64,000 nt of DNA from Eledone cirrhosa (GCA_964016885.1 OZ024742.1:241924001-241988000); one strand, 5' to 3'. Positions 40,374-53,501 are shown, counted from the stretch's first letter. The notes: generated by a model not told the origin, from the sequence alone. Numbers and translations are program-made.

Positions 40374-41039
40374 TTATATAATTGTGTGTGTGTGTAAGCA
40401 TACATGCGTGCGAGTATATATATGTGTGTATATGCGCATAAATGAGACTGCGTGGTACCTATCCTGATTAATTGATCACAATTGATTTTTGTATTGATTG
40501 ATTAGTTGCAACTGCAATCTGTATCTTAGCAACACACCAAATATTCTTCCCCATTCTATCCAACCTTCTTTACTATTCGAGCCAACATGTAGCCTCGACT
40601 CACTGGAAACAGCATCCAAATTTCCAACAGATAACCCTCTATTATCATAAATACAGACAAGCTGATTGGATAAAATAGTTGTAGATAAAATCCCCTTCAT
40701 GCCACCAAGAAAAAAAAAAAATAGGATGGTCATAGACATAATTCTTTTGATGAAAGGTCTTCTTAATCGGAAGGAACAACAACAAGAGCAATCCCTCTTT
40801 AATAGTCTGTTGTCTACTACATATATTATCACTTCGACCTCCTATCTATTTCTCAGACATATAATCCACCCATCTGCACAGTATACACCCATAAGCACTA
40901 TCTTATCCATAGATGCATTGAGCGGTCGATACATTCTTTAGCGATATTTCTCTGCCGTCACCCCTGTCCTTCACTCTCTCACTCTGTACACACATAGACA
41001 CACATAAACACAGACGCACACTCACATACACACACACAC

Positions 41040-41089
<50 letters not shown>

Positions 41090-41163
41090 GTATTCATACA
41101 TATGAGTATATATATATATGTACATATATAAATGCATATATATATATATATATATATAATAAA

Positions 41164-41209
<46 letters not shown>

Positions 41210-41225
41210 TTATATATATATATGG

Positions 41226-41306
<81 letters not shown>

Positions 41307-41346
41307 TATATATGTATATATTTATAAATATATATATATGCATATA

Positions 41347-41393
<47 letters not shown>

Positions 41394-41710
41394 ATATATA
41401 TAAATTATATATATGTGTGTGTGTTTATCTATATATCCATGTCCCATTTTCTCTGTCTATCTATTTCACTCTGCCTATGTCTGCCTTCTTTCTCATTCTT
41501 TACATCTATAACTACATCTATATGAGAGTGTATGTGTTTGTGTGTATCCTATAAATATATGTAATCCTGTGTTTGTGCATGCATATGTATGTGTGTGACT
41601 ATTTTTGTGACTGTGTATCTGTCAGTGTGTATGAATATACATGTGATTTAGCATAATTTAGCAGACTGGATTTTGTTATACTTTGAAGCTTTTTAAAAAA
41701 AAGAAAACAA

Positions 41711-42350
41711 TGAAATCCTGAATTTGTTATCATTTATTGAATTTAATTAATAAATAAAAATAATCCCCCACTAGTACACACTGAGAGAAGATACATCAAA
41801 TATACATATACATACATATATACTTACATGCATACATACACTCAGGCTAGCACAAGCTCACATATATGTAAATATACAAATACCCATGCATATGTATACG
41901 CACACTCACACGCACACACACATACACACACACACACACACATACACACACCACACACACACACATATACATATATATATACATACATACACACACATAT
42001 ACTGAAATCCTGAATTTGTTATCATTTATTGAATTTAATTAATAAATAAAAATAATCCCCCACTAGTACACACTGAGAGAAGATACATCAAATATACATA
42101 TACATACATATATACTTACAAATGCACATATACATACACGTATACTTACAAATACACATATACATACATACATATATACTTACATGCATAGATACACTCA
42201 GGCTAGCACAAGCTCACATATATATAAATATACAAATACCCATGCATATGTATACGCACACTCACACGCACACACACATACACACACGCACATACGCTCA
42301 CACACACCCACATATATATATACACATACATACACACGCACATATACATA
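41711..42350. repeat. Tandem duplication, period 292 bp
   Basis: TGAAATCCTGAATTTG..ACTCAGGCTAGCACAAGC at 41711 and again at 42003. Confidence 0.9.
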
Positions 42351-42399
42351 TATATATATATATACATATGCATACACTATGGAAACACATGCATTTCAT

Positions 42400-43045
<646 letters not shown>

Positions 43046-43299
43046 CAGACACACAAACACACACGATTTTGTAGAAAAGCATCATCAAACTTCAGTAGAT
43101 TCGCCAACAAAGAAAACTAATCGTGTAGGCGTCAGTTTAACTTTGAAGCGAAATATCGTTGAATGCTCTACTTTCTACTCAATAGTTTTGTTACTATACT
43201 TTAAGACTTCGTACTACTGATCGAATATATCTAGCGAGAAAACGCTAGTGCTGCAATTCACAAAACTACGTCACTCGTCAGAGTTACAGGGCACTACAA

Positions 43300-43313
43300 G
43301 TTACCATGGAAAC
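43300..43313. promoter_or_regulatory. RFX X-box consensus match
   Basis: GTTACCATGGAAAC matches GTTNCCATGGNAAC. Lies in a locally CpG-richer non-repeat island with ACGTCA/CGTCA nearby. Confidence 0.4.
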
Positions 43314-43619
43314 CAAGCACTATTAGCAGAACTAGTAGCGCGGTACCAGTGCATTTCACTTGTGTTATTACGCTGAGTCGAAATACAGAATTTGTATTTT
43401 TTTCCTATTTTCTAAAATTTTGTGAGCAATATGTACTTATATATGCATAAACACACACATAATTCTAATGTGGATTATGTCTACAATACATCTCAGCCTA
43501 TCTCTCTGTATGCTTGTATGTCTCACTCCCCTCCTTCTCTCTCTCTCTCTCTCTGTATGTCTGTCTGTCTCACTCCCATCTCTGTCTGTCTATCTACCTA
43601 CTCTCTCTCTCTCCCTCTT

Positions 43620-43642
43620 TATCTTCCTACCTACTTACCTAC

Positions 43643-43700
<58 letters not shown>

Positions 43701-43812
43701 CTCTCTCTCTCTATATATATATACCTTTTTATCTATATATCTATTTTTTTATCTATCGACCTATCGATTGATCGATCGATCGATATGCCTACTTATCTAT
43801 TTATCTACCTAC

Positions 43813-43881
<69 letters not shown>

Positions 43882-43910
43882 GATCGATCGATCTATCGAT
43901 CTATCTATCT
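43620..43910. repeat. (ATCT)n tetranucleotide tract
   Basis: Directly visible. Confidence 0.9.
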
Positions 43911-43989
43911 TCCGCTTATATATTTTAAAAAAAACAATAAGTGTTTTATTTGTTGCTACAATTTCAATAAATATATGTACATACTAAAA

Positions 43990-44151
43990 ATTATTTCTAC
44001 TTTTGGCACAAGGCCAGCAATTACCCCAGTGCATTACTGGTATTTTAGTTTATCGAGCCGTAAGGATGAAAGGCAAAGTTAACCTCGGAGGGCCGTAACT
44101 CTTTGCTGCAAAGCATGGCGTCCGACCCTCTACCGATACTGCTAATCCACC
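43990..44151 (-). mobile_element. tRNA-derived SINE with B-box deleted
   Basis: Same family as 31536-31713 but lacks the GGATTTGAACTCAGA segment. Confidence 0.8.
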
Positions 44152-44508
44152 GATACTAATAATGTTAAAATAATCTCATAGGTACGTATATTATAATGTG
44201 TGCGTATAATAATAATAATAATAATAATAATATTAATAATAATAATGATTTCTTTATTAACCACAAGGGTTTACATAAAGTAGACATTAAGGACAGTGCA
44301 GGACAATGCAGGACGGTACAAATGGGCATTTCTGCGTGTAAAAAAACAAAAACAGAGGATGTAACAAAAATAACAATGAAAATAACAATGAAAAATTCCC
44401 CAATAGGGGGGAGACTTCGGAGGGACATTTGTGGAGAAAGCCCAGTAAAAAGCCACAATGACCCTGACCACCAAGGCAAGTGCCCTCTCCCAGTTTTCCA
44501 CCTTTAGT

Positions 44509-47500
44509 TTACAGATATATACTCAGAGTCGGCCCATTCACTCGGGCCATTCTTGCTTCTCTCACCCATCTTTCAACAAAATGCTGGGAAGAGAGCACTT
44601 CCTTCTCTACTCTGATTTTCCTTTTCAAATGAAATTTGAAGAAGTCAATCAGAGCATCACCGAAGAGGTAAGTGCTCGTCTTCAGCCCTTTCAAACGTGT
44701 CCACCATACTATCTCTTTCGCCATGGCCACCAGACAGATAAAAACTGCCTGCCCTTCCCGGCTAAAGGAGGAGGGCGGGGCAATCCTCACGATAGACTCA
44801 GATGATAGCTGGATCCGTCCTAAACGCGACAGCAGGTGTTCGACATAAACCCACAAGTCAGCAATTTTCGGACACTGGACGAGTGCGTGCAGGACGGTTT
44901 CGTCGCCCTGCGCGCATCTCGGACATGCCCGGCTGACGGCACCTCCATGCCTGTAGAGTTTATCCCGAACTGGCAAGGCTCCTCGGTAGCACTGCCAGGC
45001 CAGAGATTTCTGGAAGTTGTCCATAGGCCCTGGCCCGAAAGTTCTTCCGAAGAGATTGGCTAGTTGATTTTCGTCGACGCCTAGAGTTTCCCCAAGTACG
45101 TCGTCGCTCTTCCCCTCCACTAATCCTCTATAGAACGCCGAGGTGGAGTTTCCACCGATCACATTGCCCGATTGGTCGAGGGCTGTGAGCGCCTGAAGAC
45201 ATTCCAGTCTCCAGGCGCTCCCTCTCGGTCTTCGCTTGACCCAGGACTGCAGCTCCGTCAAGGAAACGAGCTGGGGAAAAACGCGTCTAGCAAACGGCGA
45301 CCACACCTGATCACCGTCGAGGAAGAGGTGGAGATGTCGTAGCCTGAGCGCGTGCCTGCGCATCATCAGCCACGGCATGCCCAGCCCTCCACGTAGCGGG
45401 TGTTGACAACAGATGGACCGCCTGACCATCGGAGCACGTCCCTTCCACAAAAAGCGAAAGAGCAAACGCTCCAGCGCAGTCAGGCGAGGCTTAGGACAAG
45501 GTACGACGGTTAGGCGGTAGCAGATGACAGACGCGATGTACGCGTTAGCCACCTCCGCTCGACCTTTCAGGGATAGCTTCCTCTCCGCCCATTTCTGGGT
45601 GAGAGAAGCCACCCTGCCCGTCACCTCGTCCCAGTTTTTGTCCGTCTGGAGGTCCGGACCGAACCAGACCCCTAGCAATTTAACCGGTCCGTCCGTCCAG
45701 CGCCCGACGACGCTGTTGGACGGCATGGACCTGCCTCTCCAGGTGCCGAGCTGCAGGCCCACTGACTTTTCCTGGTTGATCATTGCTCCTGTCACCGCTT
45801 CGTATTCTCTTAGTGTAGTGCCGATCGCCTCGATGTGTTTGGCGTTCGACACCACTACGGTGACATCGTCCGCATATGCTGACACGGATCTTCCGCATCC
45901 TAGTTCGCGCGGGACTCCCCTCAACGTCTCCAGTTTGTGCAGTAATGGCTCGAGAGTCAATACGTACAAGAGGGACGAGAGGGGACATCCTTGGCGGACC
46001 GAGCGCATGATGTTGAACGGTTCCGACAGGTGACCGTTCACTCTCACCACAGAGCAGATGTCGCTGTGCATGGCAGCGATCCAGCCTCTGAAGACGGGCC
46101 CAAAGCCAGCCGCCCTCAGGACTGCCGCTAGGTAACGATGGTCGACCCTATCGAAAGCTTTCGACTGATCTAAATTGATCAAGGACCCACCCGTGCCAGG
46201 TTCCCTAGCTACCCTCTCTACGATGTATCGCATGAGGTGGAGGTTGTCGTGGATGGATCTGTCGGGAATGGCGCATGTCTGCGCCTCTCCCACCAGACCA
46301 CCAACGACAAGCGCCAACCTCTTTGCTAGCACCTTGGCCAAAATCTTAAACTCTGTGTTTAGCAGAGTTATGGGCCGGAAATTGTCTATGTTATCCCCCT
46401 TGTTCGGATCCTTTCTCAGCAGTGCCACCGCTCCTCGGCTCACAGAACTGGGAATTCTCCCGTTCTGTTGCCAGTTGCAGTAGACGTCCGCCAAGAGGCC
46501 TCCGAACAAGTCTGGCATCTGTACGTAAAGTTCATAGGGCAGACCATCCAAACCAGGCGATTTACCCCTTGTGCAGCCAGTCATTGCCTCCCGTACTTCA
46601 GCGGCTGTTATCGGCTTTTCGCAACACTTCGCCTCAGTGGCCGAGAGCCGCGGCAGTCCGTCGAGGTAGACACTAAAGTCCATCCCTCTACCCGGCCCCC
46701 CGCTGCCCCCGAACAGCTGAGCGAAGTGTCGCTGAAAAGCTTCACACATTTGCCCGGGATCGAGTAGCATGCGCCCGTCGTGGTCCACCAAAGACCGGAT
46801 CGTGGCTTTGTTGCCACGACGCGCCTCCGCCACTCGGGCCCATTGAACGGCTTTCGTCCCCTCGTGTCTGAGAGCACGCACCCTAGCTCTGACAACGCAG
46901 CCTTCGTGCTTTGCATTGAAGAATTGGTCAAGGGCCAATTTCGCCGCAAGCACGTCGGTCGCAATGCCTTTGCTAAGCGCCTCGTCTAATTTTCTAACTA
47001 GTTCTCCCTCTGCTCTATTTTTCTCTATTGCTAAAGCCTTACTAAACCTAATCGATTCTATTCTAATCGCTCTTTTCAGAGCAAACCACCACTTGTTGTT
47101 GACGATGGCCCCCGTCAACGCCCGCTTAACTAGTTCGCTAATCCGGTCTCTGTAGGCCTTGCGCGCTGGTAAGGACGCGTTTAGCTTCCAGTAGCCGGGT
47201 CCTCGTCTATGAAGCCTATCTAAGTCAAGCACACAGGTCACGAATTTGTGGTCCGTGTAGCTGACTATCTTGAATTGTGGACAGCCTATGCTAGACCTAT
47301 CTATTTCCCTACAAAATACTCTATCTAGATATGATCTGGATGACCCTATGCGGTTTGTCCAAGTCCACATTGGCACATTCGGGAAATCCAATCGGTACCT
47401 GTCAGACAGTTCAAAACGCCTGAGCAGGTTGGTGAGGCTCTTGCACCCTCCACCCCTATCCGCTAATCCCACACAGTCCCAGCGTGCATCTAAGATCCCG

Positions 47501-47928
47501 TTCCAGTCGCCCACTAACACTAAAGAGCGGGACGTTCCAAGAAAGGTCTCCAGACGCCGGAAGAAATCAGGCCGCCCTGCTCCTGTCGGGGCATAGACGG
47601 CCACTAGCCTGAAAGCTTGCCCGTCTCCGCTGGTCACGTCCAGCACCACCAGCTTACCCTCTGGGTCCAGGAAGATGGCCCGTATGGCGAGATCCAAACC
47701 TCTCCGAAAAAGCACAGCAACTCCTCCACCCGATCCAGGACGGCTGGGAGATGCGTACACATCGTAGCCGCCGAAGATCGGTGCGAAGGCCCGTGCTTCG
47801 GAGATTCTGGTCTCGCTGATGGCCACTACATCTATGTTTAGTGACCTGAGGTCGTTGAGCAGGTGACCCTGCTTCCATGACGACCCCAAGCCACGCGCAT
47901 TTATGCTGCCTATTCTGAGTGAGGTCAT
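44509..47928 (-). CDS. LINE ORF2 (1139 aa), APE + RT + CCHC, intact
   Basis: Same motifs as copy A. Four amino-acid differences seen by eye (E/D, Y/C, S/G, P/L). Confidence 0.96.
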   Translation of the reverse strand: MTSLRIGSINARGLGSSWKQGHLLNDLRSLNIDVVAISETRISEARAFAPIFGGYDVYASPSRPGSGGGVAVLFRRGLDLAIRAIFLDPEGKLVVLDVTSGDGQAFRLVAVYAPTGAGRPDFFRRLETFLGTSRSLVLVGDWNGILDARWDCVGLADRGGGCKSLTNLLRRFELSDRYRLDFPNVPMWTWTNRIGSSRSYLDRVFCREIDRSSIGCPQFKIVSYTDHKFVTCVLDLDRLHRRGPGYWKLNASLPARKAYRDRISELVKRALTGAIVNNKWWFALKRAIRIESIRFSKALAIEKNRAEGELVRKLDEALSKGIATDVLAAKLALDQFFNAKHEGCVVRARVRALRHEGTKAVQWARVAEARRGNKATIRSLVDHDGRMLLDPGQMCEAFQRHFAQLFGGSGGPGRGMDFSVYLDGLPRLSATEAKCCEKPITAAEVREAMTGCTRGKSPGLDGLPYELYVQMPDLFGGLLADVYCNWQQNGRIPSSVSRGAVALLRKDPNKGDNIDNFRPITLLNTEFKILAKVLAKRLALVVGGLVGEAQTCAIPDRSIHDNLHLMRYIVERVAREPGTGGSLINLDQSKAFDRVDHRYLAAVLRAAGFGPVFRGWIAAMHSDICSVVRVNGHLSEPFNIMRSVRQGCPLSSLLYVLTLEPLLHKLETLRGVPRELGCGRSVSAYADDVTVVVSNAKHIEAIGTTLREYEAVTGAMINQEKSVGLQLGTWRGRSMPSNSVVGRWTDGPVKLLGVWFGPDLQTDKNWDEVTGRVASLTQKWAERKLSLKGRAEVANAYIASVICYRLTVVPCPKPRLTALERLLFRFLWKGRAPMVRRSICCQHPLRGGLGMPWLMMRRHALRLRHLHLFLDGDQVWSPFARRVFPQLVSLTELQSWVKRRPRGSAWRLECLQALTALDQSGNVIGGNSTSAFYRGLVEGKSDDVLGETLGVDENQLANLFGRTFGPGPMDNFQKSLAWQCYRGALPVRDKLYRHGGAVSRACPRCAQGDETVLHALVQCPKIADLWVYVEHLLSRLGRIQLSSESIVRIAPPSSFSREGQAVFICLVAMAKEIVWWTRLKGLKTSTYLFGDALIDFFKFHLKRKIRVEKEVLSSQHFVERWVREARMARVNGPTLSIYL

Positions 47929-47963
47929 GTTTAAAATAGAGTGGAAAAGATGGGAAAGACCAC

Positions 47964-50057
47964 TTACCGTACTTTTGGTAGAGGAGGGATGGTTTTTACA
48001 TCCCTTTTCACTTGATCGTCTGGTGAAGGGACCGTTGAATCTTCCCTTCGGCTGGTCGTCGGCTCTTCTAAGAGAATGTCTGAATATACTCTTCGATTAA
48101 TGGTTCCTCCTAGGTCCCTGAAATCACCAACTGCGTTGGGGAATTTCGTTTTAATGTTTGTGTATTGTTTCTGTGCTATTTTTAGCAGTCTTATGTTAGT
48201 TGGCGTTTTGATTGGTGCTGGTATTATGTAGTCCTGTTGTGAAATGTCTGTGTGTTCAATTATGTAAGTCATTAGTTTCTTGTTGTGTGTGTTTATTGCC
48301 GTGCATTTGTTTTTCTGGGGGTGGGGTGTGGTTCTGCTATTTTCTTGTCGTTGTTGCTGGGTGTGTGTGTTTTGTTGTTGTGTTTGCGATGTTGGTGCTT
48401 GTGGTGGTGGTGTTGAAGGTGTTGTTGGCGGTGGGGTTGTCGCCGGTGCTGATGGTGGTGCTGGTGTGGGTGGTGATGGTGTTGGTGGTGTTGCTGCTGT
48501 GGGTCTCTTTGCAGTAGACTTTACCCTTTTCTCATTTCTTTCCTCCCTTTTCAAAGGCGACGATGCGCTGCTTCTGCGTTTGTGCCTTCTTGCGACCTTT
48601 TGCCATCCCTCTCCCACCTCACACTCCATGTTTGATTCTGTGAGGTCGGGGAGGGGTACCAGCTCCACTCTTTCACTTGTTGTTGTTGGTGATGTTTGCA
48701 CTGGAGTCTCTGTTGCAGCTGCATTTGGTATTGCTGTTGTTGTTGTTAATATTTCCACTGCTGCTGCTGTTTTTGATTTCCGTGGAGTGGGTATGGGTGC
48801 CACGGACCTATCGTTCCTGGTTGCCGCTTGTCCTGTTGCTGGTAGCCGTGGAGCCGGATTCGGAAGGAGGGGGGTTTTCTCCTTTCTCAGGGTCTTCTCG
48901 TTGCAGAAGGCCCTGAGGTGAGTCTTCGATCCACAGCGAAAGCATTTCGGGCGTTTGCCCTCAACACTTATGGGCAGTTGAGTGCCGTTATCGAAGTCTA
49001 TCACATCCGGGATAGCTTCGATGCACTCCTGGTTGGTTTGGATTAGCATCTCAATGGAGGAGCCGACCCAATCTTCTCTTACTTTTTTCTGTACTTGCAG
49101 TACAGTTGTTTTGTCCTCGATTCCGACGAGGACAGACGCGGCCAGCCAAGAAGGGGTCATTCCGGGGGGGACGTGGGTCAGTTTGACCCTCACAATTTTT
49201 TGCCCGCAGTAGGAGGGCACCAACACCATTTCCTCGCTCCTTAGGGTCACTACTGATTGGGCCTTTGCCTCCTGGGGTGTGGCAAAAAGTACGTCTACGG
49301 TGGCATATTTTTTGCCTCGGGTGATGTGCGTTTTCCGCTGCCACACAGACCCCAAGGCTTTTTGTATTTGGGCCTCTGTGGCTCTTTCCACCCTACGGGA
49401 TTTTGTACTTACTGTACGGTACGTGACCGTACAGTGCTCCTGGGTTTCGAAAAATTTTTCCGCTGCCTTGCAGATTGCTCGGTGTCCGTTCTTTGTCACC
49501 ATCTTCTTCGCTTCCTCTAATTCCTCATTTGTTATGAGGATTGTTTCCAAGTTTTTCGCAATACCTGCAAATGAGATTGGTTTTTCTCTGCTGTTGTTGT
49601 TGTCGTCAGAGCTGCTGGTTCTTTTGTTGTTGCTGCAGGTACTACGACTACTGCCTCCGCCGCTGTTGCTGTGGTTGTTGTTGGTGTTGCTGCTGCTAAT
49701 GCTGTTGTTGTTTATGCTGCTGGTGATGCTGTTGCGGCTGCTACTGTTGTTTTCATTGTCACTGTTGCTGTTGTTATTACGGCTGCTACTGCTATTATTC
49801 CTGACGTCAGACGAATGAACTGGGTTTTCGTATTTCCCGCACACCTGTTTCGTCGCTGTCGTCGTCGTGGAGAAACCTTGCACGCTTTGCACGAGACTTT
49901 TCTTTTCTTTCGTCACTTGCGAAAGAGAAGGGAGGGAGAGAGACACATTTAAAGAAGGGAGGGAGAGAGACAATCTTCTCTCTGCTGTAGTGATGATTGA
50001 GGAAGAAGAAGACGGAATGAGTGGGAGTGACGTATGAAATTTCTTTTTCGTAGCCAT
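47964..50057 (-). CDS. LINE ORF1 (697 aa), zinc-knuckle protein, intact
   Basis: CFRCGSKTHLRAFC. Near-identical to copy A ORF1 with one codon fewer in the poly-T tract. Confidence 0.9.
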   Translation of the reverse strand: MATKKKFHTSLPLIPSSSSSIITTAERRLSLSLPSLNVSLSLPSLSQVTKEKKSLVQSVQGFSTTTTATKQVCGKYENPVHSSDVRNNSSSSRNNNSNSDNENNSSSRNSITSSINNNSISSSNTNNNHSNSGGGSSRSTCSNNKRTSSSDDNNNSREKPISFAGIAKNLETILITNEELEEAKKMVTKNGHRAICKAAEKFFETQEHCTVTYRTVSTKSRRVERATEAQIQKALGSVWQRKTHITRGKKYATVDVLFATPQEAKAQSVVTLRSEEMVLVPSYCGQKIVRVKLTHVPPGMTPSWLAASVLVGIEDKTTVLQVQKKVREDWVGSSIEMLIQTNQECIEAIPDVIDFDNGTQLPISVEGKRPKCFRCGSKTHLRAFCNEKTLRKEKTPLLPNPAPRLPATGQAATRNDRSVAPIPTPRKSKTAAAVEILTTTTAIPNAAATETPVQTSPTTTSERVELVPLPDLTESNMECEVGEGWQKVARRHKRRSSASSPLKREERNEKRVKSTAKRPTAATPPTPSPPTPAPPSAPATTPPPTTPSTPPPQAPTSQTQQQNTHTQQQRQENSRTTPHPQKNKCTAINTHNKKLMTYIIEHTDISQQDYIIPAPIKTPTNIRLLKIAQKQYTNIKTKFPNAVGDFRDLGGTINRRVYSDILLEEPTTSRREDSTVPSPDDQVKRDVKTIPPLPKVR

Positions 50058-50296
50058 GTTGTTTTTTGTTTAAAATGAAATTTTGGGTACAAAACCCCAA
50101 TAACTGGTTATTTAACCCCGAAGGGCCAAATAACGGACATAAAGACCCCTCTCACGAGGAGGAGGGTGTCTTTATCAACAATTTGGTTCAAGTTTTAAAC
50201 AATTTACAATTGTTTTAACGGTTAAAAATTACTATACCTTACAGAGCCGAGCCTCCGTCAACCATGGCATTCAATAATAATAATAATAATAATAAT

Positions 50297-52884
50297 GATT
50301 TCATTTACTAGCCACAAGGGCCGACATGTAGGGACAATACAAAGACAGGGACAGTGGGGGTTTACAATAATGTCGAGTAAAAGTGCACAATGGAAAGACT
50401 AATTTAACAATGAAAATATAAAAATCTAAAATAAACTATGCATAAATATAACAAAATAAATTCCCCGATAGGGGGTGTACGACCCTGGGGTGATTCGGGT
50501 ACCCCACCAATCCTGAACCGCCCTGCGCTTTTAGGGCAGCCAGGGAGAGCACCCCTCTCCTCAAGTTAGCCAGCCTATAGGCGCATGGTCAGAGTAGGCC
50601 CATTCACACGAGCCATTCTCGCCACATTCACCCACCTTTTAACAAATGTACTGGGGGGGGGGGCAGCACTTCTCTCTCCACCCTCACCTTCCTTTCAAGG
50701 TGAAACTTGAAGAAGTTGATGAGGGATTGGCCGAAGAGAAAAGTGTCTGTCTTTAGTCCTTTCAACCTGGTCCACCATATAATCTCTTTCGCAACTGCCA
50801 CCAGACAGAGGAAAATTTCCCGCTCTTCCTGACCTATGGAAGGCGGTGGATCGATCTTCACTATGGACTCGGCCGAGAGCCGGATTCGTTCCACACGCGA
50901 CAGTAGCTGTTCGACATAACTCCACAAGTCAGTAATGCACGGACATTGGACAAGTGCGTGCAGAACGGTTTCGTCGTTTTGTGCGCATCTTGGGCAGGTC
51001 CGTCTGACAGCACTTCCGTGCCTGTAGAGTTTATCCCGAACCGGCAGTGCCCCCCGGTAGCACTGCCAAGCGAGGGATTTCTGGAAATTGTCCATCGTCC
51101 CCGACTCAAAAGTCCTCTGGTACAAACTGGTCAGTTCGAATTCGTCGAGGCCCAAAGCTTCTCCGAGTGCGTCATCGCACTTGCCCACCACTAATCCTCT
51201 ATAGAACTCGAGAGTGGAAGTTGCACTGATCGCATTGCCTGCTTGGTAGAGGGCAGTGAGTGCCTGGCAACATTCCAGGTGCCAGTCACCCAGTCTCGGT
51301 CTCTTCTTGTCCCAGGACTGCAGCTCAGTCAAAGAAATGAGCTGCGGAAAGGCCCGTCTGATAAACGGCAACCACTCCTGTTCACCGTTGAGGCAGAATA
51401 TCTGGAGATGTCGCAGCCTCAACGCATGTCTGCGCATCATTAGCCACGGCATGCCCAGCCCTCCGCGTAGAGGGTGCTGGCAGCAGATGGACCGCCTCAC
51501 CAACGGAACTTGTCCCCTCCACAAGAATTTGAAGAGGAGCTGTTCCAACTTGACGAGTCGCGGACGGAGGCAAGGCACGACGGTCAGGCGGTAGTAGATG
51601 ACCGGTGCGAGGTACGCATTCGCCACCTCCGCGCGACCTTTCAGTGATAGCTTTCTCCCAGCCCATTTTTGGGTGAGACTGGCTAATCTGCTCGTTACCT
51701 CGTCCCAAATTTTTTCCACCTGGAGGTCTGGTCCGAACCAAACCCCGAGCAACTTTACCGGTCTGTCCGTCCAGCGCCCCACGACGCTGTTGGACGGCAT
51801 GGGCTTGCCTCTCCAGGTTCCGAGCTGCAAGCCCACCGACTGTTCCGGGTTAAGTTTGGCCCCTGTCAACCTTTCATATTCCTTCAATAAGGTGCCGACC
51901 ACCTCGATTTCTGAGGTGTTCGACACGATCACGGTGATGTCGTCCGCATAAGCCGACGCCGCCTTTCCACGTCCCGGTTCGAGCGGGATGCCCTGCAACA
52001 GCTCCAGCTTCCGCAGTAAAGGCTCGAGAGTCAATACGTACAGAAGGGAAGAGACAGGGCACCCTTGACGGACCGATCGGGAGGGCCGAAATGGTTCCGA
52101 GAGGTGGCCATTAACCTTGACCACCGAGCGTGTGCCGCTGTGCATTGCAACGATCCAGCTTCTAAAGACAGGGCCGAAGCCAGCTGCTTTGAGGACAAAC
52201 TCCAGATACCGATGGTCGACCCTATCGAATGCTTTCGATTGATCTAAATTGATCAGTGCCCCACCGAAGCCAGGTTTACACCCAACCCTCTCTATGATGT
52301 ATCGTATGAGGTGGAGATTGTCGTGTATGGACCTGGCTGGGATTTCGCAAGTTTGCGCCTCCCCAACCAAATCCTCGACGACAAGCGCCAATCTCTTTGC
52401 TAACACCTTGGCCAAAATCTTAAACTCTGTGTTGAGCAGAGATATGGGCCTGAAGTTGTCTAATGTATCCCTCTTGTTCTCGTCTTTCCTTATCAGCGTC
52501 ACCACTCCCCTGCTCACAGAACTGGGAATACTCCCATTCTGCTGCCAGTTGCAGTAGAGTGCTTCGAGGAGTTCGGAGAACAAGTCTGGCATATTTACGT
52601 AAAGCTCGTAGGGCAGGCCATCCAAACCGGGTGACTTGCGCCTCATGCAGCCGACAAGGGCGTCCTGAATTTCGGCTGAAGTAATCGGCCTTTCACAGCG
52701 CTCAGCGTCGACCGTCGAGATGCGCGGCAAGCCGTCAAGGTAGGGACTGAAATCCGCTACTCTCTCTGACTCGCCACTCTCTCTGAACAACTGAGCAAAG
52801 TGCTGGCGAAAGGCCTCACACAACCGCTTGGAATCGCTTATCTCGTGTCCGTCTCAGTCCGCCAAAGACCGAATTGTGGTTTTA
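50297..52884 (-). mobile_element. 5'-truncated Tx1 relative (second subfamily), copy C
   Basis: RT + CCHC ORF 50628-52823 is clearly homologous to but diverged from A/B. Frameshift in the G-run at about 50653-50663, homologous stop at 50575. 3' end abuts (AAT)8. Confidence 0.92.
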
Positions 52885-52888
52885 TATA

Positions 52889-53382
52889 ATTCTGAGAAGT
52901 GGTATGATCATAAGCCAGAGTCGGTGATAGAAAACGATTAGGTGAAGGTGCTGTGGTATTTTAGGATACACACAGACAAGAAACTGGAACACAATAGACC
53001 TGACCTGGTGGTTTTGGACAAGGAAATAGATCGTGCCTGATTGTGGATGTAGCCTGCCCATTCGACACGAGAGTGCCAGAGAAGGAGAAGGAGAAAATAA
53101 ACCGATACCAGGACTTAAAGTGGGGGGTAAAAAGGATTTGGAACTGCCTTGAAGTCAAAGTGGACCCGATTGTCATAGGCGCACTAGGTACTCTCTCAAA
53201 GAGTTTCCAAGGATGGTTAAAGAAAATTGGTCCCGCCCTGCTTTTTGGAACACTTCAAAAGGCTTGCTTGCTGGGAACAGCAAGAACCCTCCGATACGTC
53301 CTGAATATCTGAGGCTGCAGGTAGTGGCTTGATATTCATTTCAACAAACTTTCCAGTTGAATAACATCAATGACTGAGACTC
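52889..53382 (+). mobile_element. R4/Dong-like LINE 3' fragment (RLE region and 3'UTR)
   Basis: Highly similar to 14069-14561. DVACPFD..KEKEKINRYQDL..IVIGALG..LQKACLLGTA. Followed by (AAT)n. Confidence 0.9.
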
Positions 53383-53410
53383 AAAGAACAATAATAATAA
53401 TAATAATAAT

Positions 53411-53462
53411 GATTTAATTTATTAGCCACAAGGGCCAACATGTAGGGACAGTGGGGGTTTAC
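53411..53462 (-). mobile_element. 52-bp 3'-terminal fragment of the copy-C Tx1 subfamily
   Basis: Matches about 50297-50365 with a deletion between GGGACA repeats. (AAT)n on both sides. Confidence 0.8.
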
Positions 53463-53501
53463 AATAATAATAATGATAATAATAACAACAACAACAATAA
53501 C

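Larger units (their letters stand above)
44247..50272 (-). mobile_element. Full-length Tx1/L1-clade retrotransposon, copy B (6026 bp), in (AAT)n
   Basis: Colinear and near-identical to 6679-12706. Flanks are (AAT)8-ATT-(AAT)4 at 44208-44246 and (AAT)8 at 50273-50296. Sequence outside the tracts differs from copy A, so this is an independent insertion. Confidence 0.95.

Noticed and set aside
40476-40832. 118-aa minus-strand ORF in non-repeat DNA
   Set aside because: No recognisable motif or convincing splice sites, so it cannot be called from sequence alone.
50640-50670. Novel PPPP C-terminus of copy C ORF2
   Set aside because: A frameshift in a G homopolymer (mutation or sequencing error). 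The homologous C-terminus continues in another frame to 50575.
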